This document shows, in pieces, positions 28,128 through 37,914 of a stretch of DNA of 50,186 nucleotides. Each line of letters opens with the position of its first letter. Position 1 is the stretch's first letter. Both the position numbers and the translations under genes were made by a program. Location: assembly GCA_946629545.1 (NCBI GenBank), contig CAMOXZ010000001.1:1-50186 (forward strand), written 5' to 3'. The notes under the pieces are model-generated. The model did not search any database. It was not told the DNA's origin and saw nothing but the letters and a program-made list of their open reading frames with translations. Source of the DNA: an uncultured Bacillales bacterium (GTDB taxonomy: Bacteria > Bacillota_I > Bacilli_A > RF39 > UBA660).

Positions 28128-28933
28128 ATGGAAATAAAAGTAGAAAATCAAATTATAATTATATTAAATTTGATGGGGAAGATTATATTTCTATAACTGA
28201 TATGTTAAAAAATAAAGATGGATATTTCTTTATTACTGATTGGTTAAGAAATAGGAATACTCTTGAATTTTTAGGTATATGGGAAGAACTTAATAACCCT
28301 AGTTTTAATTATGGCGAATTCGCCATAATTAGAAGTCAATCAGGATTAAATAGTTTTAAAATAAGTGTAAAAGAGTGGGTAGAAAAAACTAATGCAGTTG
28401 GAATTATATCTAAGGCAGGTAGATATGGTGGTACCTATGCTCATAAAGATATTGCTTTTGAATTTGGAATGTGGATTAGTCCAAAATTCAAATTACTATT
28501 GATAAAAGAATTCGAAAGATTAAAAAAACAGGAACAGTCCAAAATAGAATGGAATGCTAAAAGAGAATTATCTAAGATTAACTATCATATTCATACAAGT
28601 GCTATTAAACATAATTTAATACCAAATAAATTGACTAAAGAACAAATAAACTATGTGTATGCAGAAGAAGCAGACGTATTAAATATGGCTTTATTCGGTG
28701 TTACTGCTAAACAATGGAGAGAAGAACATCCTAATATGGGTGGAAATATTAGAGATTATGCATCAATAAATGAATTAATATGTTTGGCAAATTTAGAAAA
28801 CTTAAATTCTGTCTTTATTAAGGATGGTATCAGTCAATCAATACGATTAGGGAGATTAAATAAAATTGCAATATTGCAAATGAATGTATTAAATATGAGT
28901 GATAAAAGTACAACAAAAAAAGAGATTACTTAG
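28128..28933 (+). pseudogene. KilA-N domain gene with an apparent 1-nt frameshift near codon 10
   Basis: A strong SD (AAAGGAGG) precedes ATG 28128, which gives MEIKVENQIIIILNLMGKIIFL and then a stop. The main ORF frame is open from 28139 and encodes ...NYNYIKFDGEDYISITDMLKNKDGYFFITDWLRNRNTLEFLGIWE..., the KilA-N family N-terminus. The track ATG at 28202 has no SD. Confidence 0.6.
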
Positions 28934-29855
28934 TCTTTATGCCTTGATAAGTATCTCTTTTTACCATTTCTTTGTCTATATCATTTAATACACAAAACTT
29001 TTTTACTAGCCATTTTGGTTCTATTAGATCTTCTAATTTAGGATCTCCTGTTATTCTATGTATTACTATTTCTGGTCTTAGTAATTCTAACTCGTCTATT
29101 ACTATATCAATATATTCATCTTTAGTTAATACATGGAATGGATGTTCATAGTAGTAGTTTTCTAATCTAGTATTTTTAGTAATACTAAGCATATGTATCT
29201 TTATACCTTGTATATCTAATTTATTTAAATATTTAACTGTGTTTAGCATATCTTCTTTAGTTTCATTAGGTAATCCATTAATAATATGTACTACTACATC
29301 TATATTTCTTTTTCTTAATTTATTTACCATATCTTCAAATTCTTTAAGTGTATGACATCTATTAATAAGAATAGATGTTTCTTCTTTTATAGTTTGTAAT
29401 CCTAATTCTATAGTTAAATAAGTTCTTTTATTTAAATCTTCTAAGTAATCTAAACATTCATCAGTAATTGAATCAGGACGTGTAGCAATATTTATACCAA
29501 TAACGTCTTTATAAGTTAGTACTTCCTCATATATTTCTTTTAATTTATCTACTGGAGCATAAGTATTAGTTCTTGCTTGAAAATAGGCAATATATTTTGC
29601 TTTAGGCCATTTTTTTAGCATCATATTTTTTATTTCATCAAATTGCTTTTTTATTTCATCTTTAGGATTACCAGCAAATTCACCAGATCCTGAAGCTGAA
29701 CAGTAGATACAACCACCAAATCCTTTAGTTCCATCTATATTAGGGCAGGTAAAACCTGCATTTAAACTTACTTTAAATATCTTTTCATTAAATCTATTTT
29801 TATAATAGTAATCTAATGTATGATATCTTTTATTTGTATTTGAATATTTAAACAT
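28926..29855 (-). CDS. Radical SAM protein, TIGR01212 (YtqA/YhcC) family
   Basis: FTCPNIDGTKGFGGCIYCS cluster motif and the overall family pattern. Confidence 0.85.
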   Translation of the reverse strand: MFKYSNTNKRYHTLDYYYKNRFNEKIFKVSLNAGFTCPNIDGTKGFGGCIYCSASGSGEFAGNPKDEIKKQFDEIKNMMLKKWPKAKYIAYFQARTNTYAPVDKLKEIYEEVLTYKDVIGINIATRPDSITDECLDYLEDLNKRTYLTIELGLQTIKEETSILINRCHTLKEFEDMVNKLRKRNIDVVVHIINGLPNETKEDMLNTVKYLNKLDIQGIKIHMLSITKNTRLENYYYEHPFHVLTKDEYIDIVIDELELLRPEIVIHRITGDPKLEDLIEPKWLVKKFCVLNDIDKEMVKRDTYQGIKTK

Positions 29856-29935
29856 ATTATCACCTAAATCGGTTATATTTTAACATGATATATAGTTTTT
29901 TTCAAATATGTGATAGAATTATACTAGGTGAGAAT

Positions 29936-30442
29936 ATGGATACTAAGTTTTGGATAGCACAATTTATTGGTTTAATAGCTTTTTGTATTTTAGGATGTAG
30001 TTATTATAAGAAGACAAAGAGAGACATTTTATTACTTCAAATGATGGCTTATATTGCATTTATAATACATTATCAATTACTAGGTGGTATTACTGGTAGT
30101 GTGTGTAATTTACTAGCATTAGTATCATTTATAATAATTTATTTATTTGATAGATTTAAAAAGAATAAGAAAATATTAGTAGGTATATTAGTACCTATAC
30201 TTATAGTTATATCTTTTCTTACATTTGAGAATATATATTCAATATTTCCTATAATTGGAAGTGTTGTGGCTGTATTTTCATTTATAACTGATAAAGAGGA
30301 TTTAATAAGAAAATTTGGTATAGTAGCAGTAATATGTTGGTTAATATATGCTATTGTGTATAATTCATATGTATCGATTATATTTGAGTTTGTTACTTTA
30401 ATAGTAGTAACTATAGCTTATTTCAAAAGAAGAAAGAAGTGA
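29936..30442 (+). CDS. YgjV-like inner membrane protein
   Basis: Five or six TM helices with N-terminus FWIAQFIGLIAF. The AGGTGA SD precedes ATG 29936, so the track start at 29885 is unlikely. It ends TGA followed by an in-frame TAA. Confidence 0.6.
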   Translation: MDTKFWIAQFIGLIAFCILGCSYYKKTKRDILLLQMMAYIAFIIHYQLLGGITGSVCNLLALVSFIIIYLFDRFKKNKKILVGILVPILIVISFLTFENIYSIFPIIGSVVAVFSFITDKEDLIRKFGIVAVICWLIYAIVYNSYVSIIFEFVTLIVVTIAYFKRRKK

Positions 30443-30446
30443 TAAT

Positions 30447-31571
30447 ATGAAGAAGACTAAGATTAAAGTTAAACCTAGAGTTATTACTGTATTAAAAGTT
30501 ATTGGAGTTATTTTATGTTTATTACTAGGGGTATTTTTATTCTATTTAAAACAAATAAATGATTTAAAATCTCTTGATTATAGTGATAAAGCTAGTAATA
30601 AGATATTATTTTCATATAAAAAAGATTATATAATGTCTATTGGTAAGAATGAGACATTAAATAAGGCTTTTGAAAGTGATGATTATAATGAAGATAATTT
30701 AGATATTTATAGAAGAATTAAGTATGTTCCACATAAAGATTTAATTAGTAATATTAATAAAGCTATTAAACTAGGTTATAAGTATAGTGATATTAATATT
30801 ATATTTAAACATGGTGATAATGATAGTGTTAAAAGATTTTTAAAAAGAGATAAAGTTAAATATTTAGAAGAATTCTTTAGTATAGATTATGCTAAATTAG
30901 ATAATTATGAAAGATATTTAAAGTATGCCGATGAAACAGGGGAAGATGAGGATGTTACTGTTTTATGTGTTAATCTTGATTTAGATAAAGAAGATTATGT
31001 TGATGCGGTTAAAGTAGAAAAATTCTCTATAGATATGTTAGTTAATAAACATAGATATTTAAGTGAAGATTATGAGCCTAATGATTTAATGGAAATACCA
31101 GAAGAATATGTTTCTGAAGCTGGTATGAAGAGTAGTAGAATAGCCTTTAATGCATTTAAAGAAATGAGTAATGCTGCTTCTAAAGAAGGATATGGAATAG
31201 TTATTAATTCTGCATATAGAAGTTATCAAGATCAAGTAGAATTAGGTGAATACTATAAGAAATGGTATGGACAAAGTTATGTTGATAAATATGTAGCTAA
31301 ACCAGGTTTTTCTGAACATCAAACTGGGTTAGCATATGACGTTGGAAGTAGAAGTGTTAATGTATTTGCTAATTCTAGGGAATATCAATGGATGAAGGAT
31401 AATGCTTATAAGTATGGATTCATTGAAAGATTTACTAAAAGATATGAAAATATCACAGGATTTAGAATGGAAGCATGGCATTATAGATATGTTGGAAAAG
31501 ACATAGCTAAGTATATTCATGATAATAATATTTCATTTGAAGAATACTGGGCAATTAATTTAGATAAATAG
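30447..31571 (+). CDS. Membrane-anchored D-alanyl-D-alanine carboxypeptidase (VanY/M15B)
   Basis: SAYRSYQDQ, SEHQTGLAYD and EAWHYRYVG zinc-peptidase motifs. Confidence 0.88.
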   Translation: MKKTKIKVKPRVITVLKVIGVILCLLLGVFLFYLKQINDLKSLDYSDKASNKILFSYKKDYIMSIGKNETLNKAFESDDYNEDNLDIYRRIKYVPHKDLISNINKAIKLGYKYSDINIIFKHGDNDSVKRFLKRDKVKYLEEFFSIDYAKLDNYERYLKYADETGEDEDVTVLCVNLDLDKEDYVDAVKVEKFSIDMLVNKHRYLSEDYEPNDLMEIPEEYVSEAGMKSSRIAFNAFKEMSNAASKEGYGIVINSAYRSYQDQVELGEYYKKWYGQSYVDKYVAKPGFSEHQTGLAYDVGSRSVNVFANSREYQWMKDNAYKYGFIERFTKRYENITGFRMEAWHYRYVGKDIAKYIHDNNISFEEYWAINLDK

Positions 31572-31650
31572 GAAATAATTCCTATTTTTTTTCTTTAAAT
31601 ATTTTGTTATTTATGTTATTATGTTAATAGAGTATAAGAAGGTGTTTTGT

Positions 31651-34065
31651 ATGTATCCACTTGGAAAACAATTTGAAGTAGATTATACTAAGGCTAAGAG
31701 TGACAAGAAGACAATTATTCAAGGCTCTAATTATAGAATTTCTGTTATTACAGAGAGAGTTGTTAGACTTGAATTTTCACCTAATGGCCAATTTAACGAT
31801 AGACCAACACAACTTATCAAAAAGAGAAATGTTGGGATACCGGATTTTTATGTTAGACAAGATGCTACTATGCTTGAATTAACTACAAAATACATGTCTT
31901 TAACATATATTAAAGGTCAACCTTTTGTAGGAACTAAATTAGATCCTATGAAGAATTTAAAAGTTACTCTTTTATCAAAAGAAAGAGATAGAGCTAAAGA
32001 TTGGTATTATGGACATCCTGAAGTTAGAAATATGTTAGGTAATATGATTAGTATTGATGCTAATACACCTAAAAATCAACAAAAAGGATTATATTCATTA
32101 GAAGGATTCTGTTCTATAGATGATTCTAATGATAAAGTTATTATGGAGGATGGTACTCTAGGTAATCCATTACCAAATCATATAGATATATATGTATTTA
32201 TGTATGATAAAGACTTTAGACAAGCTTTATTTGATTATTTTAAAATGACTGGAGCTCCTGCTTTAATACCTAGATATGCTTTAGGTAACTGGTGGAGTAG
32301 AAATACAACATATGATGATAAGACTACTAATGATTTAATAAGAAATTTTGAAAGAAAGAAAATACCTATATCAGTATTATTATTTGATCATGATTGGCAT
32401 GTTAGAGATGTAGGTAATAGTAAAGGTTTAAAGACTGGGTTTACTTTTAATGAGAAATTATTTAAAGATCCTAGTAAGACTATTAGTGAATTACATAAGA
32501 AGGGTATTCGTGTAGGATTATGTGTTAATCCTATGAATGGAATATATCCTCATGAACAATACTATAAAGAAGCAAAAGAATTCTTACAATTACAAGATAA
32601 TACAATTATTAAGTTTGATCCATTAAATCCTAAGTTAGTAGATGTATTACTTAAGATGTTTATACATCCATTAGAGGCTTTAGGAGTAGATTTCTTTTGG
32701 AATGATTTTAAAGGTGATGTCACTCAAATGTGGGCATTAAACCATTATATGTATTTAGATTCTGGAAGAGATAATAATAAACGTGCTTTATTATTAAGTA
32801 GAGGAGGAATACTTGCTCCTCATAGATATCCAGTATTATATGGTGGTAGTAGTGAAATTAGTTGGAAAAGACTAAAAGAATTACCATTCCTTTATCTTAA
32901 TGCAGCTAATATTGGTGTTAGTTGGTGGAGTCATGATGTTGCTGGTAACCATGGTGGTATTGAAGATGGAGAATTATATCTTAGATATCTTCAATTAAGT
33001 ACTTTTGGACCAATACTAAGATTTCATGGGGCACGTGGTAGATACTATAAGAAAGAACCTTGGTTATGGGATGCTAAAACAGAAAATATAGCAGCTGATT
33101 ATTTAAGACTTCGTCATAGATTAATACCATATTTATATACAGAAGGTTATAATTATACAAAGAGTGGAACTCCTCTAATTCAACCTTTCTATTATAATTA
33201 TATGTGGGTATATGATGATGAATTATATCGTAATCAATACTATTTAGGTTCACAATTATTAGTATGTCCAATACTAGAACCTAAAGATCCTGTAATGAAC
33301 AGATCTATTCATAGATTCTTTGTACCTGATGGTACTTGGTATGATTTAGTTACTGGTAAGAAATTCCCAGGTAATAAGAAATATGTATCATTCTTTAAAG
33401 AAGAAGATTATCCAGTATTTGCACATTCTGGTTCAATAATCCCATTCTCTAATAGAAGTGATTATAATAATATAGGTCTTCCAACAGACTTAGAAATTCA
33501 AATATTCCCAGGTGCATCTAATACTTATACTTTATATGAAGATGATGGAATTACTTCTTTATATAAACAAGGATATTTCTTAAAGACTTCAATAGACTAT
33601 AACTACTTAAGAAATAATTATACTGTTATTATTAGATCTATTGATGGTAAGAGTGGTATTGCTCCTGAGAAGAGAAATTATAAAATGGTATTTAGAAATA
33701 CTAAAGAAGCAGAAAATGTTACAGTATACTTTAATTCAGATAAGTTAGAATCCGAAAACTATGTAGATGGTAATGACTTTATAGTTGAAGTTAGAAATGT
33801 TCCTACTATAGGACAATTAACTATTAACTGTAAGGGTAAAGATATTGAAATAGATGCAGTTAGACTTATTAATGATGATATTGATAGTATCTTAATGGAT
33901 CTAAAGATTGATACTTATTTAAAAGAAGAAATAGCTGGTATAATATTTGGTGAATTACCAATTAATAAGAAGAGAATTGAAATTAGAAAGTTAAAGACAA
34001 AGGGGTTATCTAAAGAATACATTGGATTATTCTTGAAATTATTAGAGTACATCAATGAATTCTAG
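31651..34065 (+). CDS. Glycoside hydrolase family 31 protein (cytoplasmic)
   Basis: GH31-like core (ALGNWWSR, IPISVLLFDHDW, GVDFFWNDF nucleophile region, SWWSHDVAG). The AAGGTG SD precedes ATG 31651. Confidence 0.7.
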   Translation: MYPLGKQFEVDYTKAKSDKKTIIQGSNYRISVITERVVRLEFSPNGQFNDRPTQLIKKRNVGIPDFYVRQDATMLELTTKYMSLTYIKGQPFVGTKLDPMKNLKVTLLSKERDRAKDWYYGHPEVRNMLGNMISIDANTPKNQQKGLYSLEGFCSIDDSNDKVIMEDGTLGNPLPNHIDIYVFMYDKDFRQALFDYFKMTGAPALIPRYALGNWWSRNTTYDDKTTNDLIRNFERKKIPISVLLFDHDWHVRDVGNSKGLKTGFTFNEKLFKDPSKTISELHKKGIRVGLCVNPMNGIYPHEQYYKEAKEFLQLQDNTIIKFDPLNPKLVDVLLKMFIHPLEALGVDFFWNDFKGDVTQMWALNHYMYLDSGRDNNKRALLLSRGGILAPHRYPVLYGGSSEISWKRLKELPFLYLNAANIGVSWWSHDVAGNHGGIEDGELYLRYLQLSTFGPILRFHGARGRYYKKEPWLWDAKTENIAADYLRLRHRLIPYLYTEGYNYTKSGTPLIQPFYYNYMWVYDDELYRNQYYLGSQLLVCPILEPKDPVMNRSIHRFFVPDGTWYDLVTGKKFPGNKKYVSFFKEEDYPVFAHSGSIIPFSNRSDYNNIGLPTDLEIQIFPGASNTYTLYEDDGITSLYKQGYFLKTSIDYNYLRNNYTVIIRSIDGKSGIAPEKRNYKMVFRNTKEAENVTVYFNSDKLESENYVDGNDFIVEVRNVPTIGQLTINCKGKDIEIDAVRLINDDIDSILMDLKIDTYLKEEIAGIIFGELPINKKRIEIRKLKTKGLSKEYIGLFLKLLEYINEF

Positions 34066-34074
34066 GAGGTTTGT

Positions 34075-34824
34075 ATGGAAAAAAAGGATATAAGTATTAA
34101 GAGATTAAAAGTACTAGAAAATGCAATGATACTTAATCACTTAACAGAAATTGATTTTAATAGTAATGAAGAGAGATCTTTGGCTTATGAGACTTTATTA
34201 TCTAAAACAATAATTGAAGGAAAATTTGATGATATATTTGTATCAGATGAATTAGAAGGTTTAGATAATTCAGAAAAAGAAAAAATATTTGATTTAAGTA
34301 GAAAATATAGTTCTTTATGTTTCTATCGTGGAGATATAGATTACTGGTTAGATTCAGTTGAGGGTATAACATTAGGTAATGAAAATACAACTGCTGAGAT
34401 ATTACTTAGTAATTATAATTACTTAATAAGACTTGCTAAAAATGGTGGAGAAGAAGTTTTAAAATTTTTGAATAAATTTAATAGTAATGAATCTTTTGAT
34501 AATTGTTCTATTATAGCTTCATTATTACTTCGTTTTGCTAATGAAGATATATTAGAAAAAGTATTAATAGAAATGGTATCTGAAAATGGTTTATATAAGA
34601 ATTTTACTGATACTCAAAAGATTATAATGTGTGATTCTCCTGATGGAATACTATATAAAGAAAATGAAAGTGGTAGTATTGAGTTAATATCTTGTGAAGG
34701 AATAATTAGTAAGATGCATGATGGAGCAGAAGATTATCCAATGAAGGATATTGATTCTGATGTATTTAAAAAGTACATTGAAGAAATTTGCTCTGATTAT
34801 ATTGGAGCAGTTATTAAGAAGTAA
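34075..34824 (+). CDS. Hypothetical cytoplasmic protein
   Basis: Long ORF with a GGAGG SD, 9 nt after the GH31 stop. No motif recognised. Confidence 0.6.
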   Translation: MEKKDISIKRLKVLENAMILNHLTEIDFNSNEERSLAYETLLSKTIIEGKFDDIFVSDELEGLDNSEKEKIFDLSRKYSSLCFYRGDIDYWLDSVEGITLGNENTTAEILLSNYNYLIRLAKNGGEEVLKFLNKFNSNESFDNCSIIASLLLRFANEDILEKVLIEMVSENGLYKNFTDTQKIIMCDSPDGILYKENESGSIELISCEGIISKMHDGAEDYPMKDIDSDVFKKYIEEICSDYIGAVIKK

Positions 34825-34831
34825 TAAATAC

Positions 34832-34859
34832 TTGAAATATTTTAGTTTTGTATTATAAT
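34832..34859 (+). promoter_or_regulatory. Sigma-A promoter TTGAAA-16-TATAAT
   Basis: Hexamers at 34832-34837 and 34854-34859. Confidence 0.55.
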
Positions 34860-34865
34860 ATACAT

Positions 34866-35062
34866 ATATTTTGTGAAGAAAAAGAAGTAGTAATAAATTA
34901 ATTCTTTTTAGAGAGTCTATGGTTGGTGGAAATAGATAGGAATTGTTTATGAACTTGTCTTTGGAGCAATTGGGTAATTCCGTTATAAATTATGAGGTAA
35001 TTTATATTACAAATTAAGGTGGTACCACGGAATTTCGTCCTTAGGATGAAGTTCTTTTTTTT
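34866..35062 (+). promoter_or_regulatory. T-box riboswitch leader, leucine specifier (CUU)
   Basis: AGAGAG at 34910-34915, GAA-CTT-G specifier context with CTT at 34954-34956, T-box sequence AATTAAGGTGGTACCACGG at 35012-35030, and a terminator stem at 35030-35054 followed by T8. Confidence 0.85.
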
Positions 35063-35072
35063 GGAGGATTTT

Positions 35073-35456
35073 ATGGATAAATTAGTATTTGAATTATTAT
35101 TATTTATAATATCTTTTATAGTTGTATTTGTGCTCTATCAAATATTTATAGTTAGAAGAGCTAAAAGAGTAAAGAAACCTAAAGAACCAGTTGAGGTTAC
35201 TTATTTAGTTAGAAAGTATAAATTAGATTTAGAGAAAATTAATTATATAAGCTTATTAAATGTAATATCATTAGTATCAAGTTTAGATATTGCGTTAGTA
35301 GTAGTGCTGATACTATTATTTAAAAGTTTTATTTTAGAAATGATAGCTGGATTTGTAGGTACATTTGTAATTATATTAGTTAGTTATCATATTGTTTATT
35401 TAGTATACAAAAAGAAAGGAATGATTAAAGATGAACATAAAGGAAATAGAAAGTAA
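35073..35456 (+). CDS. Small (127-aa) three-TM membrane protein, the first gene behind the Leu T-box
   Basis: The GGAGG SD (35063-35067) lies 5 nt before ATG 35073. The track start at 35019 lies inside the T-box terminator. The ORF overlaps leuS by 26 nt. Confidence 0.6.
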   Translation: MDKLVFELLLFIISFIVVFVLYQIFIVRRAKRVKKPKEPVEVTYLVRKYKLDLEKINYISLLNVISLVSSLDIALVVVLILLFKSFILEMIAGFVGTFVIILVSYHIVYLVYKKKGMIKDEHKGNRK

Positions 35457-37839
35457 ATGGCAAAAATATTGGGATGATAATAAATCTTTTAAAGCAGAAA
35501 CAGGAGGAAATAAGAAACCTTATTATATCTTAGTAGAGTTTCCATATCCAAGTGGTGCAGGACTTCATGTAGGACATGTAAGAAGTTATACTGCGCAAGA
35601 TGCTATGGCTAGAATGATGAGAATGCAAGGATATAATGTTTTATATCCAATGGGTTGGGATGCTTTTGGGGCTCCAGCAGAACAATATGCTATAAAGAAT
35701 CATATTCATCCAAAAGAAGCTGTTAAAGAAAATATAAAGACATTTAAAGCACAAATGAAATCAATTGGGTTCTCATTTGATTGGGATAGAGAGTTTTCTA
35801 CTACTGATCCTGAATATTATAAATGGACTCAATGGCAATTTTTGCAATTTTATAAACATGGAATGGCTTATAAGGATACTATTCCAGTTAACTGGTGTCC
35901 TACTTGTAAGAGTGTTTTAAGTAATGAGGATGCTGCGGGTGGAGTCTGTGAGCGTTGCGGTAGCCAAGTAGAACAAAAAGAAAAGAGTCAATGGATGCTT
36001 AGAATGGGAGATTATGCTGAGGATCTATTAAAAGGATTAGATGATACTAATTTTGCTGATAGAGTTAAATTAGGTCAAATTAATTGGATTGGTAAATCTA
36101 CAGGAGTTGAAGTAGATGTTGAAATAGTTGGTGGAGGAAAGTTTAGTATATTTACTACTTGTCCTGAAACTATCTATGGTATTACATTCTTTGTAATTGC
36201 TCCTGATGGAAAACTTATTAAAGAATTAATGGATAGAGTAGAAAACAAAGATGAAGTTAATGCTTATATTAAAGAAACTGCATTAAAAAGTAATATGGAT
36301 AGAACTGAACTTAATAAAGGTAAAACTGGTGTAGAAGTTAAAGGTATTAAAGCTATTAACCCAGTTAATGGAAAAGAAGTCCCAATATTCTTAGGAGACT
36401 TTGTATTAGGTGATTATGGTACTGGTGCTGTTATGGCTGTACCTAGTCATGATCAAAGAGACTTTGAATATGCAAAAGAACATAATCTTGAAATTATTCA
36501 AGTAATTGATTGTGGTGATATAAGTGAACACGCTATTGAAAAGACTGAATATATGGGTCATGACTATAAGATGATTAATTCAGAAGAATTCAATGGTATG
36601 ACAGTGGATGTTGCTCGTGAAAAGATATCTGATATGCTTGTTGAAAAAGGATTAGGTAGAAGAGTTAATAATTATAAGATGAGAGACTGGATATTCTCAA
36701 GACAAAGATTCTGGGGAGAACCAATTCCTATGGTTAACTGTCCTAAATGTGGATGGGTACCATTAAATGAAGAAGATTTACCATTATTATTACCTGATGT
36801 TGCTGAATATGAGCCTACTGAAGATGGAGAAAGTCCATTAGCTAATATTACTGATTGGGTTAATTGTAAGTGTCCTAAATGTGGAGGAGACGCTAAGAGA
36901 GAGACTGATACTATGCCTAACTGGGCAGGAAGTTCTTGGTATTTCTTAAGATTTATGGATGCACATAATGATAAAGAATTTGCTTCAATGGACGCAATGA
37001 AATACTGGAATAGAGTAGATTGGTACAATGGTGGTATGGAACATACTGCTAGACACTTACTTTATGCAAGATTCTGGGTACAATTCTTATATAACATTGG
37101 ATTAGTTCCTCATAAAGAAATGATTTGGACAAGAGTTAGTCATGGTATGGTACTTGGTAGTGATAATGTTAAGATGTCTAAGTCTAAGGGTAATGTAATT
37201 AATCCTGATGATATAGTTAATGAATATGGTGCAGATACACTTCGTACATATGAAATGTTTATGGGTGATTATCAAATGGATGCTCCATGGAGTACTGATT
37301 CATTAAAAGGATGTAAGAGATTTATTGATAAAGTAGCTAGATTAATAGATAAAGTAAATGATAAATCTGGATTTACTGAAAGTCTAGAATCTATTCAAAA
37401 CAAAACTATTAAAAAGATTGAGTATGATTTAACTCATATGGGTTATAATACTGCAATATCTAGTTTAATGATTTTAACTAATGCTTATGATGACTTAGAA
37501 TCTATTACTAAAGAAGATTATCATTTATTACTTACTTTATTAAATCCAATTGCTCCTCATATAACTGAAGAATTAAATGAAATGATTGGATTTAAACCAA
37601 TATGTGAATCTGAATGGCCTAAATATGATGAAGAAAAAACAGTAGAAACTGTTAAAGAAATAGCTGTTCAAGTAAATGGTAAAGTACGTGGTACTATTGA
37701 AGTACGTGTAGAAGATGATGATAATTCTATTAAAGAAAAGGCTATGGATAATGAAAATGTTAAGAAACATATTGAAGGTCATGAAATAGTCAAAGTAATA
37801 GTTATTAAGGGAAAAATAGTTAATATAGTTATAAAATAA
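35431..37839 (+). CDS. leuS: Leucyl-tRNA synthetase
   Basis: HVGHVRSY (HIGH), VKMSKSKGN (KMSKS), the N-terminus IKEIESKWQKYW, and Zn-finger CPTC/CERC pairs. Confidence 0.95.
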   Translation: MNIKEIESKWQKYWDDNKSFKAETGGNKKPYYILVEFPYPSGAGLHVGHVRSYTAQDAMARMMRMQGYNVLYPMGWDAFGAPAEQYAIKNHIHPKEAVKENIKTFKAQMKSIGFSFDWDREFSTTDPEYYKWTQWQFLQFYKHGMAYKDTIPVNWCPTCKSVLSNEDAAGGVCERCGSQVEQKEKSQWMLRMGDYAEDLLKGLDDTNFADRVKLGQINWIGKSTGVEVDVEIVGGGKFSIFTTCPETIYGITFFVIAPDGKLIKELMDRVENKDEVNAYIKETALKSNMDRTELNKGKTGVEVKGIKAINPVNGKEVPIFLGDFVLGDYGTGAVMAVPSHDQRDFEYAKEHNLEIIQVIDCGDISEHAIEKTEYMGHDYKMINSEEFNGMTVDVAREKISDMLVEKGLGRRVNNYKMRDWIFSRQRFWGEPIPMVNCPKCGWVPLNEEDLPLLLPDVAEYEPTEDGESPLANITDWVNCKCPKCGGDAKRETDTMPNWAGSSWYFLRFMDAHNDKEFASMDAMKYWNRVDWYNGGMEHTARHLLYARFWVQFLYNIGLVPHKEMIWTRVSHGMVLGSDNVKMSKSKGNVINPDDIVNEYGADTLRTYEMFMGDYQMDAPWSTDSLKGCKRFIDKVARLIDKVNDKSGFTESLESIQNKTIKKIEYDLTHMGYNTAISSLMILTNAYDDLESITKEDYHLLLTLLNPIAPHITEELNEMIGFKPICESEWPKYDEEKTVETVKEIAVQVNGKVRGTIEVRVEDDDNSIKEKAMDNENVKKHIEGHEIVKVIVIKGKIVNIVIK

Positions 37840-37863
37840 GGAGTGTTTACTCCTTGTTTTTTT
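37838..37863 (+). terminator. Intrinsic terminator of leuS
   Basis: Stem aaggagt/actcctt with loop gttt, followed by a T-run. Confidence 0.75.
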
Positions 37864-37890
37864 GACTTTTTTAGTAAAATATGATATAAT
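37862..37890 (+). promoter_or_regulatory. Sigma-A promoter TTGACT-17-TATAAT with an extended -10 TG
   Basis: Hexamers at 37862-37867 and 37885-37890, with TG at 37882-37883. Confidence 0.65.
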
Positions 37891-37914
37891 ATCCTGCAAT
37901 TAAGGGGTGTTACT

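Noticed and set aside
30438-30446. Possible UGA reassignment (genetic code 4). Only one gene in the window ends in TGA, and that TGA is immediately followed by an in-frame TAA.
   Set aside because: Trp is encoded by TGG throughout, and no long ORF needs an in-frame TGA to stay open. TAA/TAG dominance is what an AT-rich code-11 genome would show.
32690-32720. The GH31 nucleophile region reads FFWNDFKGD instead of the classic W-x-D-M-N-E.
   Set aside because: D-F variants occur in characterised GH31 members (for example the KTDFGE context I recall in E. coli YicI). This is not enough to claim a new activity without an alignment.
35019-35072. The track start at 35019 (MVPRNFVLRMKFFFLEDF...) for the small membrane protein.
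   Set aside because: These codons are the T-box antiterminator/terminator sequence itself. The SD-preceded ATG at 35073 is the plausible start.
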